From: Somniosus microcephalus
Taxonomy: Eukaryota
Reading direction: 5' to 3'
Length of the DNA: 64,000 bases
Assembly (NCBI GenBank): GCA_052327205.1
Contig: JBMRGM010000041.1
Coordinates: 9,920,001 to 9,984,000, forward strand
Shown: positions 12,490-24,145 of the stretch, one piece after another
How the letters are laid out: every line of letters begins with the position of its first letter
Numbering within the stretch: position 1 is the first letter of the stretch
Made by a program: the position numbers and the translations under genes
The notes under the pieces: generated by a model
Told to the model about the DNA's origin: nothing
The model's input: the letters and a program-made list of their open reading frames with translations, nothing else
The model's database searches: none

Positions 12490-13150
12490 AGTCACTGTTG
12501 TAATGTAGAAAAACGCGATAGCCAATTTACACACAGCAAGATCCCAAACAGCAAATGAGATAAATGACCAGTCAATACATTTTTTAAATGTTGTTGTTGA
12601 GGGATAAATATTGGCCCCAGGACACCGGGGTTGGGGGGGGGGGGGGGGGGGGGGGGGGGAAAGAGCTCCCCCTGCTCTTCTTCCAGTAGTGGCCGTGGGA
12701 TCTTTTACATGGAGGGGGCAGACAGGGCCTCGGTTTAACATCTCACCCGAAAGACGACACCTCAGACAGTGCGGCGCTCCCTCAGTACCGCGCTCCCTCA
12801 GTACTGCCCCTCGACAGTACAGCATTCCCTCAGTACTGCCCCTCCGACAGCGCAGCGCTCCCTCAGTACTGCCCCTCCGACAGCGCAGCGCTCCCTCAGT
12901 ACTGCCCCTCCGACAGCGCAGCGCTCCCTCAGTACTGCCCCTCCGACAGCACGGCGCTCCCCTCAGTGTCGCCCCTCCGACAGCGCAGCGCTCCCTCAGT
13001 ACCGCCCCTCCGACAGTGCGGTGCTCCCTCAGTACTGCCCCTCCGACAGTGCGGCGCTCCCTCAGTACCCGCCCCTCCGACAGTGCAGTGCTCCTTCAGT
13101 ACTGCCCCTCTGACAATGCAGCGCTCCCTCAGTACTGGCACTGAAGCGTC
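12490..13150 (-). mobile_element. DeuSINE with 33-bp minisatellite (12762-13138)
   Basis: reverse complement of the Deu core plus CCCTCAGTACTGCCCCTCCGACAG repeats. Confidence 0.75.
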
Positions 13151-13514
13151 AGCCTACAACAGGAGCTTAATATCTGTAAATAAGCCTTAGCCCTGCACCA
13201 GCCCAACAGATATCCTGCCAGCACTGCAACATAAACCTCCAACCTTTACATACACTGCAAGACAGCTCCGCCAACAACAGAGTGTGAGTTCAGTGGGATT
13301 CACATTAAAAAAAAAATTCCACAATGCATCAGTTACAAGCAACTCCCTCCGAACAAATTCCGTCCCCTCGTCCCACAATCTTCCCGCCGGTCAAGTGACA
13401 AACACCTCCCTCCCCGCCAATGACCGACTAGCCATTCTTCACACACCAGAGTCACAACTGTCAATGCTGGCGGGCGTTCCATTAAAACAGAGTCCAGTCC
13501 CGCTCTAGCAGCGG

Positions 13515-13995
13515 AACATAAGGAATAGGAGCAGGAGTCGGCCATTCGGCCCCTCGAGCCTGCGCCGCCATTCAATAAGATCATGGCTGATCATCGACCT
13601 CAACTCCACTTTCCCCGCCCGATCTCCATATCCCTCGATTCCACGAGAGTCCAAAAATCTATCGATCTCTGTCTTGAGATTCAAGAAGGAGTTGGATATA
13701 TTTCTTAAGGCTAAAGGGATCAAGGGATATGGGGAGAAGGCAGGGACAGGGTACTGAATTTGGATGATCTGCCATGATCTCATTGAATGGCGGAGCAGGC
13801 TCGAGGGGCCGAATGGCCTACTCCTGCTCCTATCTTTCTATGTTGAATATACTCAATGACTCAGCATCCACAGCCCTCTGGGGTAGAGAATTCCAAAGAT
13901 TCACCACCCTGAGTGAAGAAATTCCTCCTCGTCTCAGTCCTAAATGGCCGACCCCTTATCCTGAGACTGTGCCCCCTGGTTCTAGACTCTCCAGC
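13515..13995 (-). mobile_element. CR1 3' fragment with an opposite-strand CR1 3' end inserted (13680-13841)
   Basis: CR1 3' UTR on both strands; TTGA repeated at the junctions. Confidence 0.75.
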
Positions 13996-14555
13996 CAGGG
14001 AGGCATATTTTCCCAGCACGAAGCACCGTCTAGGTGCCAGGAGCAGGAACCCCAGGCGATCTTCTCCCCATGGTCATCAACCCAAGGGTACTGAGAGCGA
14101 CCCTATCCATTCTGAGTTGAAATCAGCACAGACTGAGGCGATGAAACCTGGGACCTTGTGGGGTGGTGTGAAGGGGGGGGGGGGGGGATTTTCACCATGC
14201 AACCATCCCTTTAACAAACTGAGAGGGGTGGCGATTAAATTTACAGCATTTCATTCAGAGTGAGACACATTACCCTGGATAAATACTAACCCGCTGTTTG
14301 GGTGAGGGGACAAGTCACTGGACCAGGCGAGTGCACAACTCTGGCTGGATATAAAGATTTTTTTTTTTTTTTAAAAAGGGCACAATATACTAACAGGACT
14401 GGTTAGAAATAAATTCAGAATGTCTCTTTCCTCCTCCTCCCTCCAACTCCCATTGCGGCACAGGCTCTGCTCCAGCTGGCTGAGGTTGGGGTTGAAAAGC
14501 TCCCTGTCTGCCCAATGCTGTAGATTTTAGGCGTCCAGCCCAGCCCCACCTTTAC

Positions 14556-14633
14556 CTGTCTGCGGTAAACGCACCACGCCGGGTGCAATGTAACAAGCCA
14601 GGCAGAAAACAACAATGTAACCAACGCGGCCAT
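14556..14633 (-). CDS. GLMP: GLMP coding exon 1 (signal peptide)
   Basis: MAALVTLLFSAWLVTLHPAWCVYRRQ, a hydrophobic signal peptide; good ATG context (AGACATGG); CAG|GTAAAG donor, phase 0 matches exon 2. Confidence 0.8.
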
Positions 14634-14640
14634 GTCTGTT

Positions 14641-14715
14641 ACACCGCCGGGTCAGCTGACTCGCTCTCTTAAAGGCGCGGCTGCTCTTAAAGGCAAAGGC
14701 GCTCTTAAAGTCAGC
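14641..14715 (-). promoter_or_regulatory. GLMP proximal promoter / 5' region
   Basis: palindrome GTCAGCTGAC (14651-14660) and three CTTTAAGAG motifs on the minus strand just upstream of the ATG. Confidence 0.5.
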
Positions 14716-14789
14716 ACTTCCCCCCGACCACCTCGAATTCTAACAGGCTCAATGTTCAAAATCTCACCAACCTGCACTTACTGAACAGG

Positions 14790-15912
14790 AACATAAGAAC
14801 ATAAGAAATAGGAGCAGGAGTAGGCCATACGGCCCCCTCGGGCCTGCTCCGCCATTCAATAGGATCATGGCTGATCCGAACCTAGACTCACGTCCACTTC
14901 CCTGCCCTCTCCCCGTAACCCCTAATTCCCTTATCTGCTAGGAAAATGTCTATCTCCGTTTTAAATTTATTTAATGTTGCAGCTTCCACAGCTCTCTGGG
15001 GTAGCAAATTCCATAGATTTACTACCCTCTGAGTGAAGAAGTTTCTCCTCATCTCAGTTTTGAAAGGGCAGCCCCTTATTCTAAGATTATGCCCCCTAAT
15101 TCTAGTCTCACCCATCAGTGGAAACATCCTCCCCGCATCCACCCGATCAAGCCCCCTCACAATCTTACATGTTTCGATAAGATCGCCTCTCATTCTTCTG
15201 AACTCCAATGAGTAGAGGCCCAACCTACTCAACCTTTCCTCATACATCAACCCCCTCATCTCTGGAATCAACCGAGTGAACCTTCTCTGAACCGCCTCGA
15301 GAGCAAGTATATCTTTTCTTAAATATAGAAACCAAAACTGCACACAGTATTCCAGGTGTGGCCTCACCAATACCCTGCACGGTGGCATAGTGGTTAGCAC
15401 TGTTGCCTCACAGCGCCAGGGACCCGGGTTCGAATCCGGCCTCGGGTGACTGTCTGTGTGGAGTTTGCACATTCTCCCCGTGTTTGCGTGGGTTTTCTCC
15501 GGGTGCTCCGGTTTCCTCCCACAGTCCAAAGATGTGCGGGTTAGGTTGATTGGCTATGATAAAAATTGACCCTTAGTGTTAGGGGGATTAAATACGTGGG
15601 GTTACGGGGATAGGGTGGGATATGTGTTGGTGTAGGGGTTACGGGGATTGGGTGGGATATGTGTCGGTGCAGGCTCGATGGGCCGAAATGCCCTCTATCT
15701 GTACTGTGAGGTTTCTGTGATTCTGTGAACTGCAGCAAGACTTCCCTGTTTTTATACTCCATCCCCCTTGCAATAAAAGCCAAGATTCCATTGGCCTTCC
15801 TGATCACCTGCTGCACCTGCATACTAACTTTTTGTGTTTCATGCACCAGGACCCCCAGATCCCTTTGTACTGTAGCACTTTGCAGTTTCTCTCCATTTAG
15901 ATAATAACTTGC
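14790..15912 (-). mobile_element. CR1 3' fragment interrupted by a plus-strand HE1-like SINE (15377-15727)
   Basis: QQVIRKANGILAFIARGMEYK...LVRPHLEYCVQFW; same subfamily as 32250-33726. Confidence 0.85.
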
Positions 15913-16510
15913 TGTCTTGCTGCAGTTGTACAGGGCCTTGGTGAGACCACACCTTGAGTATTGTGTGCAGTTTTGGTCGCCTTATCTGAGGAACGATGTT
16001 CTTGCCATGGAGGGAGTGCAGCGAAGATTCACCAGGCTGATACCTGGGATGGCAGGAATGACGTATGAGGAGAGATTGGGTCATTGGGCTTATACTCGCT
16101 GGAGTTTAGAAGAATGAGAGGGGATCTCATTGAAACTCATAAAATTCTAACAGGACTAGACAGACTAGATGCAGGAAGGATGTTTCTGATGGCGAGGGAG
16201 TCCAGAACCAGGGGTCACAGTCTAAGGATAAGGGGTAAGCCTTTTAGGACAGAGATGAGGAGGAATTTCTTCACCCAGAGAGTGGTGAACCTGTGGAATT
16301 CTCTACCACACAAGGCAGTGGAGGCCAATTCATTAAATATATTCAAGAAGGAGTTGGATATATTTCCTGAGGCTAAAGGGATCAAGGGATATGGGGAGAA
16401 GGCAGGGACAGGGTACTGAATTTGGATGATCAGCCATGATCTCATTGAATGGCGGAGCAGGCTCGAGGGGCCGAATGGCCGACTCCTGCTCCTATCTTCT
16501 ATGTTTCTAT
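15913..16510 (+). mobile_element. CR1 3' fragment
   Basis: LLQLYRALVRPHLEYCVQFWSP... with (TTTCTATG)-type tail. Confidence 0.85.
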
Positions 16511-16639
16511 GAAGGACAAGGGAGAAGGGCAGCAGGCGCCTGGGAAGACCATAAGCAAAATACCGCGGATGCTAGAAATCTGAAATGGCAACCAAAAATG
16601 TTGGAAACACTCCAGCATCGTTTTATTTTGAATTCGTTT

Positions 16640-17105
16640 TTTACGGGATGTGGGCGCGAGGCCGGCATTTATTGCCCATCCCTAGTTGCCCCTTGAGAAG
16701 GTGGTGGTCAGCCGCCTTCTTGAACCGCTGCAGTCCGTGTGGTGAAGGTGCTCCCACAGTGCTGTTAGGGAGGGAGTTCCAGGATTTTGACCCAGCGACG
16801 ATGAAGGAACGGCCGATATATTTCCAAGTCAGGATGGTGTGTGACTTGGAGGGGAACTTGGAGGTGGTGGTGTTCCCGCGCGCCTGCTGCCCTTGTCCTT
16901 CTAGGTGGAAGAGGTCGCGGGTTTGGGAGGTGCTGCCGAAGAAGCCTTGGCGAGTTGCTGCAGTGCATCTTGTAGATGGTACACACTGCAGCCACGGTGC
17001 GCCGGTGGTGGAGGGAGTGAATGTTTAAGGTGGTGGATGGGGTGCCAATCAAGCGGGCTGCTTTGTCCTGGATGGTGTCGAGCTTCTTGAGTGTTGTCAT
17101 CCAGG
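16640..17105 (-). mobile_element. CR1/L2-group LINE 3' fragment
   Basis: TLKKLDTIQDKAARLIG family on the minus strand. Confidence 0.8.
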
Positions 17106-17309
17106 TGAAACAGCGATTCACTTGTACTGTATTCGCTGCTCACAATGCGGTCTCCTCTACATTGGGGGGACCAAACGCAGATTAACTGCCCTCTGAAATG
17201 GCCTAGCGAGCCGATCAGTTGTAACAAAACACAATAAGAATGAAACCGGATGGACCACCCAGCAAAGACCTCGGCACCTTCATCACATGGACTGCAGCGG
17301 TTCAAGAAT

Positions 17310-18075
17310 CTAACAACCGCCCCTTGACACTCAATTGCATTACCATTGCCAAATCCCCCACCATCAACATCCTGGGGGTCACCATTGACCAGAAACTTAA
17401 CTGGACCAGCCACATCAATACTGTGGCAACAAGAGCGGGTCAGAGGCTGGGTATTCTGCGGCGAGTGTCTCACCTCCTGACTCCCCCAAAGCCTTTCCAC
17501 CATCTACAAGGCACAAGTCAGGAGTGTTGATGGAATACTAATACAACAGCAAAACACTGCGGATGCTGGAAATCTGAAATGACAACAGAAAATGTCGGAA
17601 ATACTCAGCAGGTCAGGCAGCATCCGTGGAGAGAGAAACAGAGTTAACGTTTCAGGTCTGTGACCCTTCGTCAGAACTCCACTGGCCTGGCTGAGTGCAG
17701 CTCCAACAACACTCAAGAAGCTCGACACCATACAGGACAAAGCAGCCCGCTTGATTGGCACTCCATCCACCACCTTAAACATTCACTCCCTCCACCACCG
17801 GCACACCATGGCTGCAGTGTGTACCAGCATGGGTACACCATCACCTCCAATTCCCCACCCCACCCCTCCCCAAGTCACACACCATCCTGACTTGGAAATA
17901 TATCGCTGGGTCAAAATCCTGGAACTCCCTCCCTAACAGCACTGTGGGAGCACCTTCACCACACGGGACTGCGGCGGTTCAAGAAGGCGGCTCACCACCA
18001 CCTTCTCAAGGGGCAACTAGGGATGGGCAATAAATGCTGGCCTCGCCAGTGACGCCCACATCCCATGAATGAATT
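17310..18075 (+). mobile_element. CR1/L2-group LINE 3' fragment with a Penelope UTR fragment inserted (17548-17680, minus)
   Basis: [14 protein letters not shown]...GATGGAATACT | insert | CTCCACTGGCCTGG; the insert matches 8399-8530. Confidence 0.75.
17641..17679 (-). ncRNA. minimal type-I hammerhead ribozyme motif (Penelope-associated)
   Basis: GAGTT-CTGACGA-AGGGTCACAGACCT-GAAA-CGTT-AACTC: stem I, CUGANGA, stem II, GAAA, palindromic stem III, GUU site. Confidence 0.7.
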
Positions 18076-18153
18076 TTTTTTAAATGGCTTATTGGTAAAG
18101 GCACACTCAGATCACCATTATACATGTATGACCTGGGTTAGGTAATCCCAGTA

Positions 18154-18486
18154 CAGGAAACTCGATTTACCAGCACCTAAATGACCGAAAATCTCTGTTA
18201 ACCGGCAAAATTCAGGAGTAGGTTCAGGTAAGTTTTACTTCATATTAGTGGCCGTTCCTGGATCTGTGGCTGTGTAATCAAGGTTCCTGCACTTGTTGCT
18301 AAGCAACAGGGACGCTTGGTCTGTGGCCGGGGTTCCTGCACCTGTTGCTAAGCAACAGGGAAGCCTGGATTTGTTGCTGTGTACGGGGCTCTCGTACCTT
18401 TTAACTATACCTCTCTGTAATCCGGACTTTTTGATAAACCGGCACCACGCCGGTCCCGTCGGTGCCGGATAAGAAAGAGTTTCCTG
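18154..18486. mobile_element. Tc1/mariner (Tigger/pogo-like) MITE
   Basis: TA | CAGGAAACTC ... GAGTTTCCTG | TA: terminal inverted repeats with TA target duplication. Confidence 0.75.
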
Positions 18487-18574
18487 TAATAGGAGGGCCT
18501 AAATTTGGCCGCACTGCCCCTGGAGTAAGGATGGATCACTGTCCAACAGCTCCACACCAGCCTCCTCCCGCCCC

Positions 18575-19660
18575 TCTTCATCTCACCCCATCACCATATC
18601 CCTCTATTCCTTTCTCCCTCATGTGTTTATCCAGCTTCCCCTTAAATGTATCCACGCAATTCGCCTCAACCACTCCCTGTGGTAGCGAGTTCCACATTCT
18701 CACCACTCTCTGGGTAAAGAAGTTTCTCCTGAATTCCCGATTGGATTTATTAGTGACTCTCTTATATTGATGGCCCCTAGTTCTGGTCTCCCCCACAAGT
18801 GGAAATATCTCCTCTACATCTACCCTATCGAACCCTTTCATAATCTTAAAGACTTCGATCAGGTCACCCCTGATGACCTGAAAAGAGAAAGGAGCCCCAG
18901 CCTGTTCAATATTTCCTGATAAGTATAACCTCTCAGTTCTGGTATTATCAATCTTTTTAGCACCTTCTCCAGTGCCTCCAGATGGCTTTTATAGTATGGA
19001 GACCAGAACTATGCGCCAAGTGTGGTCTAACCAAGGTTCTGTACAAGTTTAACATAGCTTCTCTGCTATTTAATTCTATCCCTCTAGCATTGTACCCCCG
19101 GTGCTCTATTTGCTTCTTATAATGGGCTTATTAACCTGTTAGGTGTTCTACATGGTGACAAAGAGAACATAAGAATTAGGAGCAGGAGTCGGCCAATTGT
19201 CCCCTCGAGCCTGCTCCGCCATTCAATAAAATCACGGCTGATCCAATCTTGGCCTCAACTCCACTTCCCGCTCTCTCCCCATACCCCTCGACTCCCCTGT
19301 AGTTCAAATATCTGTCAATCTCCCCCTTGAATATATTCAATGACTCCGCCTCCACAGCTCTCTGGGGCAGAGAATTCCAAAGATTCACGACCCTCTGAGA
19401 GAAGAAATTCCTCCTCATCTCAGTTCTAAAATGGCGACCCTTTATTCTGAAACTATGCCCCCTGGTTCTAGATTCCCCCACGAGGGGAAAACAACCTCTC
19501 AGCATCGACCCTGTCAATCCCCCTCAGAATCTTACATGTTTCAATAAGATCACCTCTCATTCTTCTAAACTCCAGAGAGTATCGGCCCAATCTACTCAAT
19601 CTCTCCTCATAGGGCAGCCCTCTCATCCCAGGAATCAATCTAGTGAACCTTCTCTGCACT
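18575..19660 (-). mobile_element. two tandem minus-strand CR1 3' fragments (18575-19140, 19165-19660)
   Basis: RRNFFTQRVVRMWNSLP and QRRFTRLIPGMRGLPYEERL translations. Confidence 0.8.
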
Positions 19661-20228
19661 GCCTTGGTGAGACCACATCTTGAGTATTGTGTGCAGTTTT
19701 GGTCGCCTTATCTGAGGAAGGATGTTCTTGCCATGGAGGGAGTTCAGCGAAGATTCACCAGGCTGATACCTGGGATGGCAGGAATGACGTATGAGGAGAG
19801 ATTGGGTCGATTGGGCTTATACTCGCTGGAGTTTAGAAGAATGAGAGGGGATCTCATTGAAACTTATAAAATTCTGACAGGACTGGACAGACTAGATGCA
19901 GGAAGGATGTTCCCGATGGCCGGGGGAGTCCAGAACCAGGGGTCACAGTCTAAGGATAAGGGGTAAGCCATTTAGGACTGAGATGAGGAGGAATTTCTTC
20001 ACCCAGAGAGTGGTGAACCTGTGGAATTCTCTACCACAGAAGGCAGTGGAGGCCAATACATTAAATATATTCAAGAAGGAGTAAGATATATTTCCTAAGG
20101 CTAAAGGGATATGGGGAGAAGGCAGGGACAGGGTACTGAATTTGGATGATCAGCCATGATCTCATTAAATGGCGGAGCAGGCTCGAGGGGCCGAATGGCC
20201 TACTCCTGCTCCTATCTTCTATGTTTCT
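19660..20228 (+). mobile_element. CR1 3' fragment
   Basis: ALVRPHLEYCVQFWSPYLRKDVLAMEG; near-identical to 15913-16510. Confidence 0.85.
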
Positions 20229-20229
20229 A

Positions 20230-21465
20230 ATTAAATATCATGAAGACCGAAGCCATTGTTTTCAATCCCACGCCACAAACTCCGTTCCCTATCCACTGAC
20301 TCCATCCCTCTCCCTAACATCTGTCTGAGGTTGAACCACACTGTTCACAGCCTTGGTGTCGTATTTGACCCTAAAATGAGCTTCCGACCACATATTCGCG
20401 GTATAACTAAGACCGCCTATTTCCACCTCCGTAACATCACTCTTCTCTGCCCTTGCCTGAGCTCATCCGCTGCTGAAAGCCTCATCCAGGCCTTTAGAAA
20501 CATAGAAACATAGAAGATAGGAGCAGGAGTAGGCCATTCGGCCCTTCGAGCCTGCTCCGCCATTCAATGAGATCATGGTTGATCATCCAAACCCTAGCAC
20601 CCGGTCCCTACACCGACAGCCATCCCACCCAAGCCCCATCCCTGTAACCCCACGTATTTAATCCCCCCTAACACTAAGGGCCAATTTTTTATCATAGCCA
20701 ATCAACCTACCCCGCACATCTTTGGACTGTGGGAGGAAACCGGAGCACCCGGAGAAAACCCACGCAAACACGGGGAGAATGTGCAAACTCCACACAGACA
20801 GTCACCCGAGGCCAAATTTGAACCCGGGTCCCTGGCGCTGTGAGGCAACAGTGCTAACCACTATGCCACCGTGCTGCCTTTGTTACCTCTAGACTTGACT
20901 ATTTCAACGCACTCCTGGCCGGCCTCCCACATTCTACCCTACGTAAACTTGAGGTGATCCAAAACTCGGCTGCCCGTATCCTAACTCGCACCGAGTCCCA
21001 TTCACCCATCACCCCCTGTGCTCGCTGACCTACATTGGTTCCTGGTTAAGCAACGCCTTGATTTCAAAATTCTCATCCTTGTTTTCAAATCCCTCCATGG
21101 CCTCACCCCCCTCCCTATCTCTGTAATCTCCTTCAGCCCCACAACCCCCCCCCCCCGAGATCTCTGCGCTCCTCTAATTCTGGCCTCTTGAGCATCCCTG
21201 ATTATAATCGCTCAACCATTGGTGGCTGTGCCTTCTGTTGCCTCGGCCCTAAGCTCTGGAATTCCCTCCCTAAACCTCTCCGCCTCTCTTTCCTCCTTTA
21301 AGACGCTCGTTAAAACCTACCTCTTTGACCAAGCTTTTGGTCACCTGTCCTAATTTCTCCTTATGTGGCTCGGTGTCAATTTTTTTTGTCTTATAATACT
21401 CCTGTGAAGCGCCTTGGGACGTTTTACTAAGTTAAAGGCGCTATATAAATACAAGTTGTTGTTAC
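20230..21465 (+). mobile_element. L2 LINE 3' fragment interrupted by a minus-strand HE1-like SINE (20495-20877, TSD GCCTTT)
   Basis: LGVVFDPKMSFRPHI...AYFHLRNI, SRLDY.NALL; tail AAATACAAGTTGTTGTT. Confidence 0.8.
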
Positions 21466-21859
21466 TATGCCCAGTGAAGCACTGAGATGTTCTACAATGT
21501 TCATTGCGATATAAATTTTAGTTCTGGATCATTGTTGCAAAGGTCCAGTACAGACACGATGGTCCAAATGGCCTCCTCCTGTGCTGTGACCATCAACGGC
21601 TCTTCTCTCCCACTTCATATTAACAGACTCCACTCAACACCAACACTCTCTAATCTCAATGCCAACAGCTTCCAGCCCTCTCCCCGTGCAATGGATGAAT
21701 CACCACACCTCGACCTCCTCCATGTCCTTCCACAGGACATGTTTCTGTCAACTCTTCAAAGGCAGTTTCCATGTCTCTTGCAAGACAACACCGGTGATGG
21801 CTTGATCAGTCACCATTCTTGACCATGTTCCTCCAATTCAAATTCCTAGATCTCCTCTT

Positions 21860-22425
21860 CTCTCTCAGGCAGTCCCTCGGATGACTTGCTTCCACACTGG
21901 AAATGAGTTCTCAGGTGACTGATGAGTCCAATGCGGGACCTGCAGTCTCTGTCACAGGTGGGGCAGACGGTGGTTGAAGGGGCGGGTGGGGTGCTTGGGT
22001 TGACGTGCGCTCCTTGCGCTTGCTCCCGGCGAAGAGACTCGAGGTGTTCGGCGCCTTCCCGGATGCTTCCCCTCCACTTTCTGCGGTCTTGGGCCGGGGT
22101 TCCCAGGTGTCGGTGGGCATGTTGCATTTTTTCAAGGAGGCTTTGAGGGTGTCCTTGAAGCGTTTCCTCTGCCCACCTGGGACTCTCTTGCTGTGTTGGA
22201 GCTCCGAGTAGAGCACTTGTTTTGGGAGTCTCGTATCGGGCATGCAGACGATGTGGCCCGTCCGTCGGAGCTGATCGCGCGTGGTCAGAGCTTCGATGCT
22301 GGGGATGTTGGCCTGAGCAAGAACACTGACGTTGGTGCGCCTAACCTGCCAATGGATTTGCAGGATCTTGCGGAGGCAGCGTTGGTGGTACCTCTCCAGT
22401 ACTTTGAGGTGCCTGCTGTACATGG
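21860..22425 (-). mobile_element. RTE-clade LINE 3' fragment
   Basis: LERYHQRCLRKILQIHW...RLPKQVLYSEL...GGQRKRFKDTLK and C2H2-like CPTCDRDCRSRIGLISHLRTH. Confidence 0.85.
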
Positions 22426-22629
22426 ATCTAGGAAAGGCCTAGATCCCCAAGGCAGCCTCTAAGCTCAGAGATACTCCTTCTGCCGAGTTACTCTTTTCCT
22501 AGAATCTATCTTGAAGTTCTTTTCAAGGATCCTGCTCCCATATCTAGAGGCTCTTCTTCCAGCCCTGAAAGAGCACGTCACCTAATAAGCAACCCCTCTA
22601 ACCTTCCTCTATTTTATTGCTATTACTTA

Positions 22630-23225
22630 TAGAATCATCGAATAGTACAACGCAGGAGACCATTCGGCCCATCGTGTCTGCGCCAGCTCTCGAGGAGCAT
22701 TCCAGTTAGTCCCACTCCCCCGCTCTTTCCCCATAGCCCTGCAATTTTTTCTCCAAGTATTCATCCAATTCCCTTTTGAAGGCTACTATTCAACCTGTAT
22801 CCACCGCCCTATCAGGCAGCGCATTCCAAATTCTAACCACTTGTTCAGTAATAAAGTTTTTCCTCTGGTCGTCTCTGGTTCTTTTGCCAATCACCGTAAA
22901 TCTGTGCCCTCGTTATCGAACCATTGGAAAGTTTCTCTTTATCTACTCTATCTAAACCACTCATGATTTTGAACACCTCTATCAAATCTCCTCTTAGCCT
23001 TCTCTGCTCCAAGGAGAACAACCCAAGCCTCTCTGCTCTATCCACATAACTGTAATCCCTCATCCCATTCTAGTAAATCTCTTGCGTACCCTCTCCAACA
23101 CCGTCACGTCCTTCCTAAAGTGTGGTGCCCAGAATTAGACACAATACTCCAGCTGGGGCCAAACTTGTGATTTATAAAGGTTTAGCATAACTTCCTGGTT
23201 TTTGTAATCCATGCCTGTGTATAAA
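22630..23225 (-). mobile_element. older CR1 3' fragment
   Basis: LGLFSLEQRRLRGDLIEVFKIM. Confidence 0.75.
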
Positions 23226-23284
23226 GCTAGCGTTGTGTTGTTCTTGTGCCAATGTTCCTCTGACCAATTCCTCGTTCCTTCTAA

Positions 23285-24145
23285 GCAGCAGCAGGTGGTT
23301 AAGAAGGCAAAGGGTATGTTGGCCTTCGTAGCAAGAGGATTCGAGTACAGGAGCAAGGATGTCTTGCTGCAGTTATACAGGGCCTTGGTGAGACCACATC
23401 TTGAGTATTGTGTGCAGTTTTGGTCGCCTTATCTGAGGAAGGATGTTCTTGCCATGGAGGGAGTGCAGCGAAGATTCACCAGGCTGATACCTGGGATGGC
23501 AAGAATGATGTATGAGGAGAGATTGGGTCAATTGGGCTTATGCTCGCTGGAGTTTAGAAGAATGAGAGGGGATCTCATTGAAACTTATAAAATTCTAACA
23601 GGACTAGACAGACTAGATGCAGGATGTTCCCGATGGCGGGGGAGTCCAGAACCAGGGGTCACAGTCTAAGGATAAGGGGTAAGCCATTTAGGACAGAGAT
23701 GAGGAGGAATTTCTTCACCCAGAGAGTGGTGAACCTGTGGAATTCTCTAAATAGAAGATAGGAGCAGTAGGCCGCCATTTGGCCCCTCGAGCCTGCTCCG
23801 CCATTCAATGCGATCATGGCTGATCATCCAAATTCAGTACCCGGTCCCTGCTTTCTCCCCATACCCCTTTAGCCTTAAGAAATATATCCAACTCCTTCTT
23901 GAATATATTTAATGTATTGGCCTCAACTGCCTTCTGTGGTAGAGAATTCTACCACAGAAGGCAGTTGAGGCCAATTCATTAGATATATTCAAGAAGGAGT
24001 TAGATATATTTCTTAAGGCTAAGGGGATCAAGGGATATGGGGAGAAAGCAGGGACCGGGTACTGAGTTTGGATGATCAGCCATGATCTCATTGAATGGCG
24101 GAGCAGGCTCGAAGGGCCGAATGACCTACTCCTGCTCCTATCTTA
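23285..24145 (+). mobile_element. CR1 3' fragment containing an inverted copy of its own 3' end (23751-23943)
   Basis: QQVVKKAKGMLAFVARG...; the CR1 3' UTR is present in both orientations around 23945. Confidence 0.85.

Noticed and set aside
15377-15450. tRNA genes at SINE heads (also ~100-135, 26281-26365, 42600-42675)
   Set aside because: A/B-box-like sequences continue directly into SINE bodies; no complete cloverleaf.
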